Shown: one piece after another, positions 31,929-41,052 of the stretch
Numbering within the stretch: the first letter of the stretch is position 1
Layout of the letters: every line of letters starts with the position of its first letter
NCBI RefSeq assembly: GCF_031581305.1
Contig: NZ_JAVLBC010000002.1
Location: 1 to 48,295 of the forward strand
Direction: 5' to 3'
Length of the DNA stretch: 48,295 nt
From: Halomonas sp.
GTDB taxonomy: Bacteria; Pseudomonadota; Gammaproteobacteria; Pseudomonadales; Halomonadaceae
The notes under the pieces: model-generated
The model's input: only the letters and a program-made list of their open reading frames with translations
The model's database searches: none
What the model was told of the DNA's origin: nothing
Translations under genes and position numbers: made by a program

Positions 31929-31959
31929 GCGGGATGGTCGCTGGCGGGATGGTCGCTGG
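31929..31959. repeat. 15-bp tandem duplication
   Basis: GCGGGATGGTCGCTG x2 just before the tRNA promoter. Confidence 0.8.
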
Positions 31960-31985
31960 ACAGCGGAAGGCCTGGCGGGTACGAT
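31957..31985 (+). promoter_or_regulatory. Putative sigma70 promoter of tRNA-Arg
   Basis: TGGACA-17 bp-TACGAT, 32 bp upstream of the tRNA. Confidence 0.5.
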
Positions 31986-32017
31986 GTTGACCGCCTAGCA
32001 GCCATCGCCAGGCATGT

Positions 32018-32094
32018 GCGCCTGTAGCTCAGTTGGATAGAGTATCGGCCTCCGAAGCCGAGGGTCGCAGGTTCGAATCCTGCCGGGCGCGCCA
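32018..32094 (+). tRNA. tRNA-Arg(CCG)
   Basis: 77-nt cloverleaf: acceptor GCGCCTG/CGGGCGC, D-loop AGTTGGATA, anticodon arm TCGGC-CTCCGAA-GCCGA, GTTCGAATC T-loop and encoded CCA. Confidence 0.97.
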
Positions 32095-32101
32095 CGAATT
32101 C

Positions 32102-32135
32102 AAGGGCTTACGACAATGTCGTAGGCCCTTATTTA
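32102..32135 (+). terminator. Intrinsic terminator after tRNA-Arg
   Basis: AAGGGCTTACGAC-aat-GTCGTAGGCCCTT followed by ATTTA. Confidence 0.7.
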
Positions 32136-32495
32136 TGTCTGTGACCACGTTGTGCCTTGCTCACAAGGCTCACTGTTCGCTCCTCAGTGAATCCGAACGA
32201 GTCAATGTTGCCGGCAGTGTGGCTTGTAGCCACAGCCCAGCACCGGCGTGCGAGTTGCTGAGTCGCCAGTGAGCGCAAGGCGGATCATCATGAGAACGGC
32301 GGACTCAAAGGCGCATCTTCCTGGTCATGCGGTACGGAGGGTAAGGGGTGTCCCGCGGCCCCCTGATGCAGGGGTCATGTTACGAGCCCATTGCGGCAAC
32401 CCATGCAACAATCAGCAGTCATGGATTAAGCAGCCCAGCCGCGCATCGACGCGCAGCGTGATGCGCCAGTTATCACCCCGTGTTAGCTTATAACC

Positions 32496-33413
32496 ATGCT
32501 GCCCCCTCTGCCACTCAACAAGTTGCCTCCACTGAGCTCTCTGAGAGGGTTCGAGGCGGCCGCGCGACTGCAAAACCTGCGTGCGGCTGCTGAAGAGCTG
32601 CACCTGACTCACCCCGCTATTGCCAACCAGATTCAGCGACTCGAGGAGAGCTTAGGCGTCAAGCTTTTTGAACGCCAGGGGCGTCACGTCGTCCTGACGA
32701 TGGCGGGCCATCGCTTTTATCCCCATGTACGAGAAGCTATCTCGACCCTGATCAATGGCGCCGAAGCGGCTCGCCAGTTGCATCATGCTGACCCGCTTCG
32801 CATGCAGGTCTATGTCACCACGTCGATACGCTGGCTGGCACCTCGCCTTGTCCAGTTCTATGACAGTCATCCCGACGTGGAATTACAGGTGATGACCTAC
32901 AGCGTGGGTTGGGAGTTCGATGAAGCTAACGCCGATGTTGCGATTATCTATCGTGATACCCCCCTTCCTCCACATCTTCACTGGATACCGTTGTTTCCCT
33001 CTCGGATCTTCCCGGTCTGCAGCCCGGACATGTTGCCAGGGCTTGAGCCACCTTTGCCCTTGGAAGACCTGAAGAGCGACCCACTCATCGAGGTCTATAC
33101 GGAAAGCTGGAGCTGGGAGAACTGGTTCAATACGCCATCTCCCGAGTTGCCGAAATACGAGTCTGATTATCCTCGAGGAAAGATTGTCGTGGATACCTTG
33201 GCCGCTGCGCTTGAAATGGCCGAAAGAGGTGAGGGCGTGGCACTCGTCAATGGTCCCTTTGCCGATGATGCTCTTGCTGACGGTCGATTGATCAATCCTG
33301 CGAATAAAGTCAAGGAGTCTCAGGGTGAGTGGGGTATCGTATGCCAGAAGGGCACTGCCTCTAATGGAAGAGTCAGCTCTCTCATCAGTTGGCTTACCTC
33401 CCAGATATCGTGA
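32496..33413 (+). CDS. LysR-family regulator, GcvA-like
   Basis: LPPLSSLRGFEAAAR..AAEELHLTHPAI..LEESLGVKLFER HTH; WLAPRL, ADVAI and FPVCSP substrate domain. Confidence 0.9.
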   Translation: MLPPLPLNKLPPLSSLRGFEAAARLQNLRAAAEELHLTHPAIANQIQRLEESLGVKLFERQGRHVVLTMAGHRFYPHVREAISTLINGAEAARQLHHADPLRMQVYVTTSIRWLAPRLVQFYDSHPDVELQVMTYSVGWEFDEANADVAIIYRDTPLPPHLHWIPLFPSRIFPVCSPDMLPGLEPPLPLEDLKSDPLIEVYTESWSWENWFNTPSPELPKYESDYPRGKIVVDTLAAALEMAERGEGVALVNGPFADDALADGRLINPANKVKESQGEWGIVCQKGTASNGRVSSLISWLTSQIS

Positions 33414-33682
33414 TGTTTTTCAAGGGATGACAAGCGCCTCTTGCAAAAGGCCAGTTTTATGCAGAGATCCTCATGGCGGGAGAGTCCATTTTGGCCTTAA
33501 AAAAGATGTTACCAGTAATACAAAAAACCGTGAATTGTCCTTGCGCCCTGCGTTCCATAACCTCCCCTGATATCGAGCTTGACCGCGGCAAGGTTCAGAG
33601 AGTGTCCATGTCGACCTTTTCTCTGTTCTGCCTGTGACGAAGCGCAATTCGCCGAAAGTGAATCTTGATGGGAAGGCAGCAC

Positions 33683-34660
33683 ATGAAAATCGGTTTCTTA
33701 GGCCTGGGAAACGTGGGCGGCAAGCTTGCAGCCAGTCTGCTCCGCAATGGTCATGACGTGACAGTCCGTGACCTGGAACCTCAGCTCGTACAGACCTTCA
33801 TCGATCAAGGCGCTTCCCTGGCAGACTCGCCTAGGGCGCTTGCCGAAGCCTGCGACCTGGTCATCACCTGTCTACCGTCTCCAGCAGCTTGCAGTGCTGT
33901 CATGGAAGCTGAGGATGGCATTATTGCCGGGCTGTCGGAGGGCAAGATATGGCTCGAGATGAGCACCACCGATGACAAGGAGCTCATCCGCATTGCCGAT
34001 CGAGTGCACGAGACAGGCGCCATGGCCATGGAGACGCCGGTATCCGGTGGATGTCATCGTGCCGCCACCGGCAATATCTCGATCTTTGCCGGGGGTGACC
34101 GAGCCACCTTCGACCGGGTGCTACCGGTGCTGACCACGCTTGGTCGCCGTGTCCTGCATACTGGGCCACTGGGTTCGGCCTCAGTGCTCAAGGTCCTGAC
34201 CAACTACCTGGCAACCGCCAATCTATGTTCCCTGGCCGAGTCCCTGACCGTTGCCCGTAAGGCCGGTATGGACATGAATACGACCTATGAAGCGATTCGC
34301 ATTTCCTCGGGAAATTCCTTCGTTCATGAGACCGAGTCACAGGTCATCCTTAACGGCAGTCGCAATATCAGCTTCACCATGGATCTTGTCCTCAAGGATG
34401 TAGGCCTGTTCGATTCACTGGCCAAGAGCCTGGATGTCCCGCTCGAAGTCTCGCCCTTGTTGCTGGATATCTTCCGTGATGGCCAGGATTCCTTTGGCGC
34501 CCGGGAGTGGTCCTCCAACATCATCCGCCGTCTCGAGGAGCGCTGTGATGTCAGTGTGCTTGGCGAGGGCTTTCCTGCCGAGCTGATCGACGACGAGCTG
34601 GAGGAGATGGGCCACGAGGTCCACGTGAGAGCTCCGCAGGCCATGGAAGAGTCGCGCTGA
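33683..34660 (+). CDS. NAD(P)-dependent beta-hydroxyacid dehydrogenase family protein, substrate unknown
   Basis: IGFLGLGNVG, ITCLPSP, EMST, PVSGG, catalytic Lys in SVLKVLTN and FTMDLVLKD. Confidence 0.85.
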   Translation: MKIGFLGLGNVGGKLAASLLRNGHDVTVRDLEPQLVQTFIDQGASLADSPRALAEACDLVITCLPSPAACSAVMEAEDGIIAGLSEGKIWLEMSTTDDKELIRIADRVHETGAMAMETPVSGGCHRAATGNISIFAGGDRATFDRVLPVLTTLGRRVLHTGPLGSASVLKVLTNYLATANLCSLAESLTVARKAGMDMNTTYEAIRISSGNSFVHETESQVILNGSRNISFTMDLVLKDVGLFDSLAKSLDVPLEVSPLLLDIFRDGQDSFGAREWSSNIIRRLEERCDVSVLGEGFPAELIDDELEEMGHEVHVRAPQAMEESR

Positions 34661-34791
34661 GCGTTCGTGACAGGGATGATTTCTTGCTGTCGCTTGACAC
34701 AAGCTGTCGTTATTTCGACCCACGGCGCGAGCGGATAGGATACGTAACGTATTGCCTTTCACCTTTCACCAAGCGTCATCGGAGGTCGCGC

Positions 34792-36213
34792 ATGCAACAT
34801 AGAGACTATTTCTACATCAACGGCCAATGGCAGGCCCCCATCAGCAGAGAACGTCTGGAAGTTCTGGATCCGGCCACTGAGGCGCTCTGTGCTTCCGTAC
34901 CTCGCGCAGGCTCGCAGGATGTCGAGAGGGCCATCTCGGCAGCGCGGGAAGCGTTCCCTGCCTGGTCAGCCACTCCGGCACAACGTCGTCACGAGCTGCT
35001 GATGGCTGCCGCGGACGAGATGCAGCGCCGCTACGATGAGCTTTGCGACGTCCATATCATGACCCTGGGCAGCCCGACCCAAGTAACCGGAGCCATTCAT
35101 GTGGATGGTCCCATCGAAGGCATGCGCTACTACGCTGAACGTGCCTTCAGGATGGAACAGGTCGAGCACAAGGAAGGTGTCGCCATCGTTCGCGAGCCTA
35201 TCGGCGTCTGCTCCCTGATCAATCCCTGGAACTATCCCCTGCATCAATTGATCGGTAAGTTGGCCCCTGCTCTGGCGGCAGGTTGCACCGTGGTGGCCAA
35301 GCCCGCTGAACAGACACCCCTGCAGGACTTCATCATGGCCGAAATCCTCGACAGCGTCGGGGTGCCGCCGGGCGTCTTCAACCTGGTAACTGGCATGGGC
35401 AGCGAAATCGGCCCGGTCATGGCGAGCCACCGGGATGTGGATATGGTCTCCTTCACCGGGTCCACCTCAGCTGGCATAAAGGTGGCGGAAAAGGCAGCAC
35501 CAAGCGTCAAGCGAGTCTGCCAGGAGCTCGGCGGGAAGTCCCCGTTGTTGATCACCGAAGAGGCTGACCTCAACGTGGCGGTCCGCCTGGGCGTGGAAAA
35601 CGTGATGGCCAATACCGGACAGACCTGCGATGCACTGACACGCATGCTGGTACCGAGGTCGAAGCTTCAGGAAGCCGCCACCCTGGCCGGCGAGATCGCA
35701 AGGGAACAAGTGGTCGGTGATCCCGGGGATAAGCGAACGACGATGGGACCCCTGGTGTCCCGGCGCCAGAAGGATACTGTACTGGGGTTCATTCGAAGAG
35801 GTCTTGAAGAGGGCGCCACCTTGGTCGAAGGGGGAGCGCAGGAGCCCGAAGGGCTCTCACGGGGCTACTACGTCCGCCCAACCATCTTCAGCGACGTGCA
35901 CAATGACATGGCAATCGCTCGTGAAGAAATCTTTGGTCCGGTGCTGTGCATCATTGCGTATGACACGTTGGAGGAAGCGATCGAGATTGCCAATGACTCG
36001 GATTATGGACTTTCCTCGGCGGTGTTCGCTCGCAGCGTCGACGATGCACTACCCATCGCACGACGCCTGAAGGCTGGCCAGTGTTATCTTCAGGGCGCGG
36101 AATTCTCGTTCGATGCCCCCTTCGGCGGCTACAAGCTGTCGGGTAACGGTCGCGAGTGGGGAGACGAGGGCCTTCTCGAGTACGCCGAGACCAAGGCAAT
36201 ACTCGGCGCCTGA
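34792..36213 (+). CDS. NAD-dependent aldehyde dehydrogenase
   Basis: INPWNYP, KPAEQTP, SFTGST, ELGGKSP, catalytic Cys in NTGQTC, EEIFGPV and PFGGYKLSG; GGAGG RBS before ATG 34792. Confidence 0.93.
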   Translation: MQHRDYFYINGQWQAPISRERLEVLDPATEALCASVPRAGSQDVERAISAAREAFPAWSATPAQRRHELLMAAADEMQRRYDELCDVHIMTLGSPTQVTGAIHVDGPIEGMRYYAERAFRMEQVEHKEGVAIVREPIGVCSLINPWNYPLHQLIGKLAPALAAGCTVVAKPAEQTPLQDFIMAEILDSVGVPPGVFNLVTGMGSEIGPVMASHRDVDMVSFTGSTSAGIKVAEKAAPSVKRVCQELGGKSPLLITEEADLNVAVRLGVENVMANTGQTCDALTRMLVPRSKLQEAATLAGEIAREQVVGDPGDKRTTMGPLVSRRQKDTVLGFIRRGLEEGATLVEGGAQEPEGLSRGYYVRPTIFSDVHNDMAIAREEIFGPVLCIIAYDTLEEAIEIANDSDYGLSSAVFARSVDDALPIARRLKAGQCYLQGAEFSFDAPFGGYKLSGNGREWGDEGLLEYAETKAILGA

Positions 36214-36544
36214 TCCCCTGACGCGTTTCTGACACGCTTCCCCTTCGCGGGGAGCGAACTATCGCCAACATCCTCGTGGCGAAAAGGGGAGGGCGGTGTC
36301 GTGACTACACCGCCCTTGAAGCGTTGCCGACACCTCCTTTCCTTCAGTTTTCGTCACTCCTTCATGGCTTGCCATTCTCACGTGGGTCGGGAGCAGGCGT
36401 CGTGCGTCTGGCCGGGCCAGGGGGAGTGAGCATCGACGCCTCTGCCGCCCCGAAGCACCTGAAAGCCGAGGTGGCCAAGCGTCACGCCATCAATAGCGAG
36501 CCATGCGCATGGCGCATGGCCCTCCGATCAAGAGGAGAGTTGAC

Positions 36545-36883
36545 GTGGAACTGATTCAGTAGGCACTGGACAACATCGACCTATTGACCACCCGCACCCT
36601 GGAACACATCGCGCTGGTGAGTATTACCGCCGGCATCGCTACCCTCACCGGCGTGCCGATTGGCATCGCCATCACCAAGAGTGTGCTCTACGCCGCCTCG
36701 ATCATTGTCACCATTCCGTCGATCGCGCTGTTCGGCATCATGATCCCGGTGCTCTCGTTGATCGGTCATGGCATCGGCTATGTGCCGGCGGTCTTCGGGC
36801 TGTTCGTCGCCACCCTGCTGCCCATCACCCGCAACACCTACCAGCAGTTGCTGAAAGACCTGGAGGGAACCTATGTCAACTAA
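36545..36883 (+). pseudogene. Remnant of an osmoprotectant (betaine/choline, ProW/OpuB-like) ABC permease
   Basis: AGGAG RBS then GTG GAA CTG ATT CAG TAG GCA in frame with TLEHIALV..GVPIGI..TIPSIALFG..LLPITRNTY; nonsense at codon 6 (36560) and no EAA-loop C-terminal half. Confidence 0.8.
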
Positions 36884-37030
36884 ACCTCGACTCCAGTGCA
36901 AGTTATGCCCTGTTGAATGACGAACGGGAGTCACCTGAATGACGAATTGGTGACTTGCATTTGTAACCTGTTGATATATGCAAGGGCAGCGACTCTGTGA
37001 CCTGTCTCGTGACCTGAGTGACTCGCTCCC

Positions 37031-37059
37031 GTGTCACGAGATCATCATTGTCTAGACAA
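37031..37059 (+). promoter_or_regulatory. phn promoter: Pho-box-like site abutting a 12-bp palindromic operator
   Basis: GTGTCAC-gaga-TCATCAT (37031-37048, imperfect) and perfect palindrome TTGTCTAGACAA (37048-37059). Confidence 0.65.
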
Positions 37060-37113
37060 CTGACGTTAACCTGATGCCGCGACACTGATGCCATCCCAAC
37101 GAGGAGAGGTGTC

Positions 37114-37941
37114 ATGTCGATTCCCAGCATCCTGGTTGACCAGCTAAGCAAAAGCTTCGGTCACCACCCCGTGCTTCGCGATGTCGGTTTCTCGGTCAAG
37201 CCCGGTGAGATGGTGGCGCTGATCGGGCCGTCAGGCTCCGGCAAGTCCACCCTGCTGCGTCACCTCGCTGGCCTCACCCGTTCCAATCGCGATGGCAAGA
37301 GCCGCGTTCAGGTTCTTGGCCGCGATATCCAGAGCGGTGGCCGCCTGAGCCGCCGTTCTCGCGCCGATCGCTGCCGCACTGGCTACATCTTCCAGCAGTT
37401 CAACCTCGTCGGCCGACTGAGCGTGCTGACCAACGTGCTGATCGGTCAGCTGGGCAACATGCCCCGTGGACGCGCCCTTTTGGGTCGCTTCACCGAGGAA
37501 GAGAGGCAGTGTGCGCGCCGTGCTTTGGCTCGGGTGGGTATCGAGGTCCTGGCCGACCAGCGCGCCAACACCTTATCCGGCGGACAGATGCAGCGCGTGG
37601 CCATTGCGAGAGTGCTGATGCAGGACGCCGACATCATCCTGGCCGATGAGCCTATCGCCTCGCTGGATCCACGCAGTGTCCGTGAAGTTATGGAAATCCT
37701 GGCACGTATCAATGCCGAAGACGGCCGCACCGTGTTGATCACGCTGCATCAGGTGGAGGTCGCACGGCGCTTCTGTCCGCGTGCCATTGCCCTCAAGGAG
37801 GGGGGCCTGTACTTCGATGGCCCCACCAGCCATCTCACCGATGCCCGCCTCGAGTCGTTGTACGAGAACGCTGGACTCGACGAGCTCCATTCCCATTCTA
37901 CCTCCGTTGACCTGGCCACCCCCGTGGGTGCGCTGGGCTGA
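37114..37941 (+). CDS. phnC: Phosphonate ABC transporter ATPase
   Basis: [44 protein letters not shown] and TLHQV. Confidence 0.93.
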   Translation: MSIPSILVDQLSKSFGHHPVLRDVGFSVKPGEMVALIGPSGSGKSTLLRHLAGLTRSNRDGKSRVQVLGRDIQSGGRLSRRSRADRCRTGYIFQQFNLVGRLSVLTNVLIGQLGNMPRGRALLGRFTEEERQCARRALARVGIEVLADQRANTLSGGQMQRVAIARVLMQDADIILADEPIASLDPRSVREVMEILARINAEDGRTVLITLHQVEVARRFCPRAIALKEGGLYFDGPTSHLTDARLESLYENAGLDELHSHSTSVDLATPVGALG

Positions 37942-37981
37942 CCCCTGTTTCCTGATCACTACCTCTGAAGGAGTCCTTGCC

Positions 37982-39007
37982 ATGACCCGTTTTACCCTGC
38001 GTCGTATCGCCCTGCCGCTGGTGGCCGGTGCCAGCCTGCTTGCCAGCCAGCTGACTCTTGCTGCCGACACCTTGAACTTCGGCATCATATCCACCGAGTC
38101 GAGCCAGAATCAGGCCACCCAATGGGAGCCCTTCCTGGCCGAGATGTCCGACACCTTGGGGATGGAAGTGCAGCCATTCTTTGCCACTGACTACGCCGCG
38201 GTCATTCAGGCCATGCGCTTCGACAAGGTCGATCTGGCCTGGTACGGCAACAAGTCGGCCATGGAGGCCGTTGATCGTGCCGGTGGCGAGGTCTTTGCCC
38301 AGACTGTGGCCGCCGACGGTGCGCCGGGCTATTGGAGCCTGCTGATCACTCATCGTGACAGCAACCTCGAGAATGTGGAGGACATGCTGAACCGCGCTGA
38401 TGAATTGATCTTTGGTAACGGTGACCCCAATTCCACCTCCGGTTATCTGGTGCCTGGTTACTACATCTTTGCAAAGAACGGGGTGGATGCCACCACTGCC
38501 TTCAAGCGCACCATGAACTCCAGCCATGAAACCAATGCGCTCTCCGTGGCCAACGGTCAGGTCGACGTGGCCACGTTCAATACCGAGAGCATGGAGCGAC
38601 TAGAAATCAATCATCCCGAGAAGGCAGAACAGATCAAGGTGATCTGGAAGTCGCCGCTGATTCCCTCCGACCCGCTGGTATGGCGCAAGAACCTTCCCGA
38701 GGATCTGAAGGCAGAGCTGCGTGAGTTCTTCTATTCCTACGGCGAGACTGAGGCCCAGCGCGAGATCCTCGAGCCGTTGCAGTGGGCACGCTTCGACGAA
38801 TCCAATAACGATCAGCTTCTGCCCATTCGTCAACTGGAGCTGTTCAAGGAGCGTGCTCAGGTCGCCAAGGACGAGAGCCTGTCCGAAGAAGAGCGCGACC
38901 GCCAGCTGGCCGAGTTCGATGCCCGGCTCGAAGAACTGAACCAGCGACTCGAGGCAGCCGAGGCCCGATCCGATGAGGCGCCGGCGACCGCAATGGTCAG
39001 CCAGTAA
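37982..39007 (+). CDS. phnD: Phosphonate ABC transporter binding protein
   Basis: NFGIISTES, FFATDYA, YGNKSAMEAVDR, GDPNSTSG, SHE and IWKSPLIPSDP; GGAG RBS before ATG 37982. Confidence 0.95.
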   Translation: MTRFTLRRIALPLVAGASLLASQLTLAADTLNFGIISTESSQNQATQWEPFLAEMSDTLGMEVQPFFATDYAAVIQAMRFDKVDLAWYGNKSAMEAVDRAGGEVFAQTVAADGAPGYWSLLITHRDSNLENVEDMLNRADELIFGNGDPNSTSGYLVPGYYIFAKNGVDATTAFKRTMNSSHETNALSVANGQVDVATFNTESMERLEINHPEKAEQIKVIWKSPLIPSDPLVWRKNLPEDLKAELREFFYSYGETEAQREILEPLQWARFDESNNDQLLPIRQLELFKERAQVAKDESLSEEERDRQLAEFDARLEELNQRLEAAEARSDEAPATAMVSQ

Positions 39008-39028
39008 CGACATCCAGCGCTGAATGAC

Positions 39029-39048
39029 GAGGGGCTTGCGGGCCCCTC
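39029..39048 (+). other. Intercistronic hairpin after phnD (probable mRNA stabiliser)
   Basis: GAGGGGC-ttgcgg-GCCCCTC without a U-tract. Confidence 0.5.
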
Positions 39049-39061
39049 AACGGGAGTTCCC

Positions 39062-39853
39062 ATGAATGTGCATCACTCCACATTGGACGCCCGAGCGGCA
39101 CGGCGAGGCTGGGTCCCGCTGGCGGGATGGGCCCTGACCCTGGCGGTGCTCGGGTGGGCCTGGCAGGGCGCGGAAATGCAGCCCGGGCTGCTGATTGCCA
39201 ATACCGACAACATGGCCGAACTGGCCGGGGATTTCTTCCCGCCGGCCCTGGGCAATCTGGAGCACTACATCGACCAGATGCTGGTCACCATCCAGATCGC
39301 CATCTGGGGCACCTTGCTGGCGGTGCTATGCGCCATTCCCTGCAGTCTACTGTCCTCCGAGAACCTCGCTCCATGGTGGGTACATCAACCCATGCGTCGG
39401 CTGATGGATGCCTGCCGTGCGATCAACGAGCTGGTGTTCGCCATGGTCTTCGTGGTGGCCGTGGGACTGGGACCCTTCGCCGGCACACTGGCGCTGTTCG
39501 TCCACACCACCGGGGTGCTGGCCAAGCTGTTCTCCGAGGCAGTGGAGGCGAGCGATTCGGGCCCCATGGAGGGGGTGCACGTGACCGGTGCTGGGCGCAT
39601 TGAAGAGATTATCTTCGGGCTGATTCCTCAGGTCCTGCCGCTGTGGATCTCGGTCAGCCTGTATCGCTTCGAGTCCAACATCCGTTCAGCCACGGTGCTG
39701 GGCATGGTGGGTGGCGGCGGCATCGGTGTGGCGCTGTGGGAGACCATGCGCGGTTTCCAGTACACCGAGACAGCCACCATCATGCTGGTGATCATCGTGG
39801 CGGTGACGCTGCTCGATATGGCCTCCCAGAAGGTTCGCAAGCGCTTCATCTGA
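39062..39853 (+). CDS. phnE: Phosphonate ABC transporter permease
   Basis: [24 protein letters not shown] and [22 protein letters not shown]. Confidence 0.94.
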   Translation: MNVHHSTLDARAARRGWVPLAGWALTLAVLGWAWQGAEMQPGLLIANTDNMAELAGDFFPPALGNLEHYIDQMLVTIQIAIWGTLLAVLCAIPCSLLSSENLAPWWVHQPMRRLMDACRAINELVFAMVFVVAVGLGPFAGTLALFVHTTGVLAKLFSEAVEASDSGPMEGVHVTGAGRIEEIIFGLIPQVLPLWISVSLYRFESNIRSATVLGMVGGGGIGVALWETMRGFQYTETATIMLVIIVAVTLLDMASQKVRKRFI

Positions 39854-39866
39854 AGCGCTTCTTTTT
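39839..39866 (+). terminator. Terminator-like hairpin overlapping the phnE stop codon
   Basis: AAGCGCTTC-atct-GAAGCGCTT followed by CTTTTT. Confidence 0.55.
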
Positions 39867-39877
39867 CAGGAGGCGAC

Positions 39878-39889
39878 ATGTCTAGACAA
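39878..39889. promoter_or_regulatory. Second copy of the phn operator, over the phnF start codon
   Basis: ATGTCTAGACAA, 11/12 identical to TTGTCTAGACAA at 37048. Confidence 0.7.
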
Positions 39890-40609
39890 GCCCTTCGTGA
39901 ACCTCGCTATCTCACCCTGGCCGGGACACTGTCCGAAGAGGTGAGGACCCACTTCTCCCCGGGACAATGGTTGCCGAGCGAGTCCCAGCTGGCCCGGCGC
40001 TTCGGTGTCAACCGCCACACCGTGCGCCGCGCCCTCGACGAGCTGGTGTCGGACGGCATGGTGACTCGCCACCAGGGCCTGGGCACGCTGGTGGTCGATC
40101 GGCGGCTGGACTATGCAGTGAGCGCTGGCAGCAAGGTGACGCACAACCTCGCGGAGCTGGGCATCACCACCACGACCGAATGCCTCCAGCAGTCGCTTGT
40201 CGTGGCGCCAGAGGCAATTGCCGCGCGATTCTCTCAACCCGCCGGCATGACCCTGATGTGCGTCGATACCCTGCGCTGGGTGGACGAGGCGCCGCTACTA
40301 CGTCTGCGCCACTGGTTCGACCCAGCGCGAGTACCCGGCTGGCTGGATCGATACCGGGGCGGCTCCACACGCGCACTGCTCGATCAGCACTACGGGCTAC
40401 GGCTTGCACGTCGCCGGGTCCGGATCGAGGCCGGGGTCGCCGACCGTGAGGACCAGCGCCTGCTGCAGTGCCCGCATCAGGCCCCACTGCTGCAGCTGGC
40501 CAGCGACAACGTTGATGCCGACGGCGCATTGGTCGAGGTCTCGATCAGTCGTGCCCGGGCCGACCGTCTTTCCTACCACATCGACTTTACTGACGAGGTG
40601 TCTTCATGA
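39878..40609 (+). CDS. phnF: GntR/HutC-family phosphonate regulator
   Basis: LPSESQLARRFGVNRHTVRRAL wHTH plus UTRA domain; between phnE and phnG. Confidence 0.92.
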   Translation: MSRQALREPRYLTLAGTLSEEVRTHFSPGQWLPSESQLARRFGVNRHTVRRALDELVSDGMVTRHQGLGTLVVDRRLDYAVSAGSKVTHNLAELGITTTTECLQQSLVVAPEAIAARFSQPAGMTLMCVDTLRWVDEAPLLRLRHWFDPARVPGWLDRYRGGSTRALLDQHYGLRLARRRVRIEAGVADREDQRLLQCPHQAPLLQLASDNVDADGALVEVSISRARADRLSYHIDFTDEVSS

Positions 40610-41052
40610 CGTCTGCACGACGCCAGCGCATTCTGGCGCTGACTCCCCGCGAGCGTCTGGCCGAGCACTGGGCTCGGTTGGACATCGCTCCCGACTACCG
40701 CTGTGTCCGCGGCCCCGAGACCGGCATGGCCATGGTGCGCGGCCGCATGGGCGGCAGCGGCAAGGCCTTCAATCTCGGCGAGATGACCCTGACCCGGGCG
40801 AGCGTGTCCCTGGACGACGGCACGCCGGGCGGCGGTCCACTGGGCCACGGCTGGGTCAAGGGCCGCGATGCGCATCATGCTGAGCTCATCGCCCTGGCTG
40901 ATGCCTGCGCACAGCGTGACGACTGGGGACAGCGCATCGAGGCCGAGCTGCTGGCGCCGCTTGAGGCTGCTCTCTGCGCCGAGCGTGACGCGCATGGAAG
41001 ACGCGCGGCGGCGACCCGTGTCGATTTCTTCACCATGGTCCGAGGGGAATGA
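40606..41052 (+). CDS. phnG: C-P lyase subunit PhnG
   Basis: PETGMAMVRGRMGGSGKAFNLGEMTLTR and TRVDFFTMVRGE. Confidence 0.95.
   Translation: MTSARRQRILALTPRERLAEHWARLDIAPDYRCVRGPETGMAMVRGRMGGSGKAFNLGEMTLTRASVSLDDGTPGGGPLGHGWVKGRDAHHAELIALADACAQRDDWGQRIEAELLAPLEAALCAERDAHGRRAAATRVDFFTMVRGE

Noticed and set aside
31826-32272. ORFs 31826-32095 (-) and 32033-32272 (+)
   Set aside because: They overlap the tRNA gene and are typical spurious tRNA-shadow translations
36276-36554. 92-aa ORF upstream of the permease remnant
   Set aside because: No RBS or recognisable motif; it may hold gene debris but I cannot support a call
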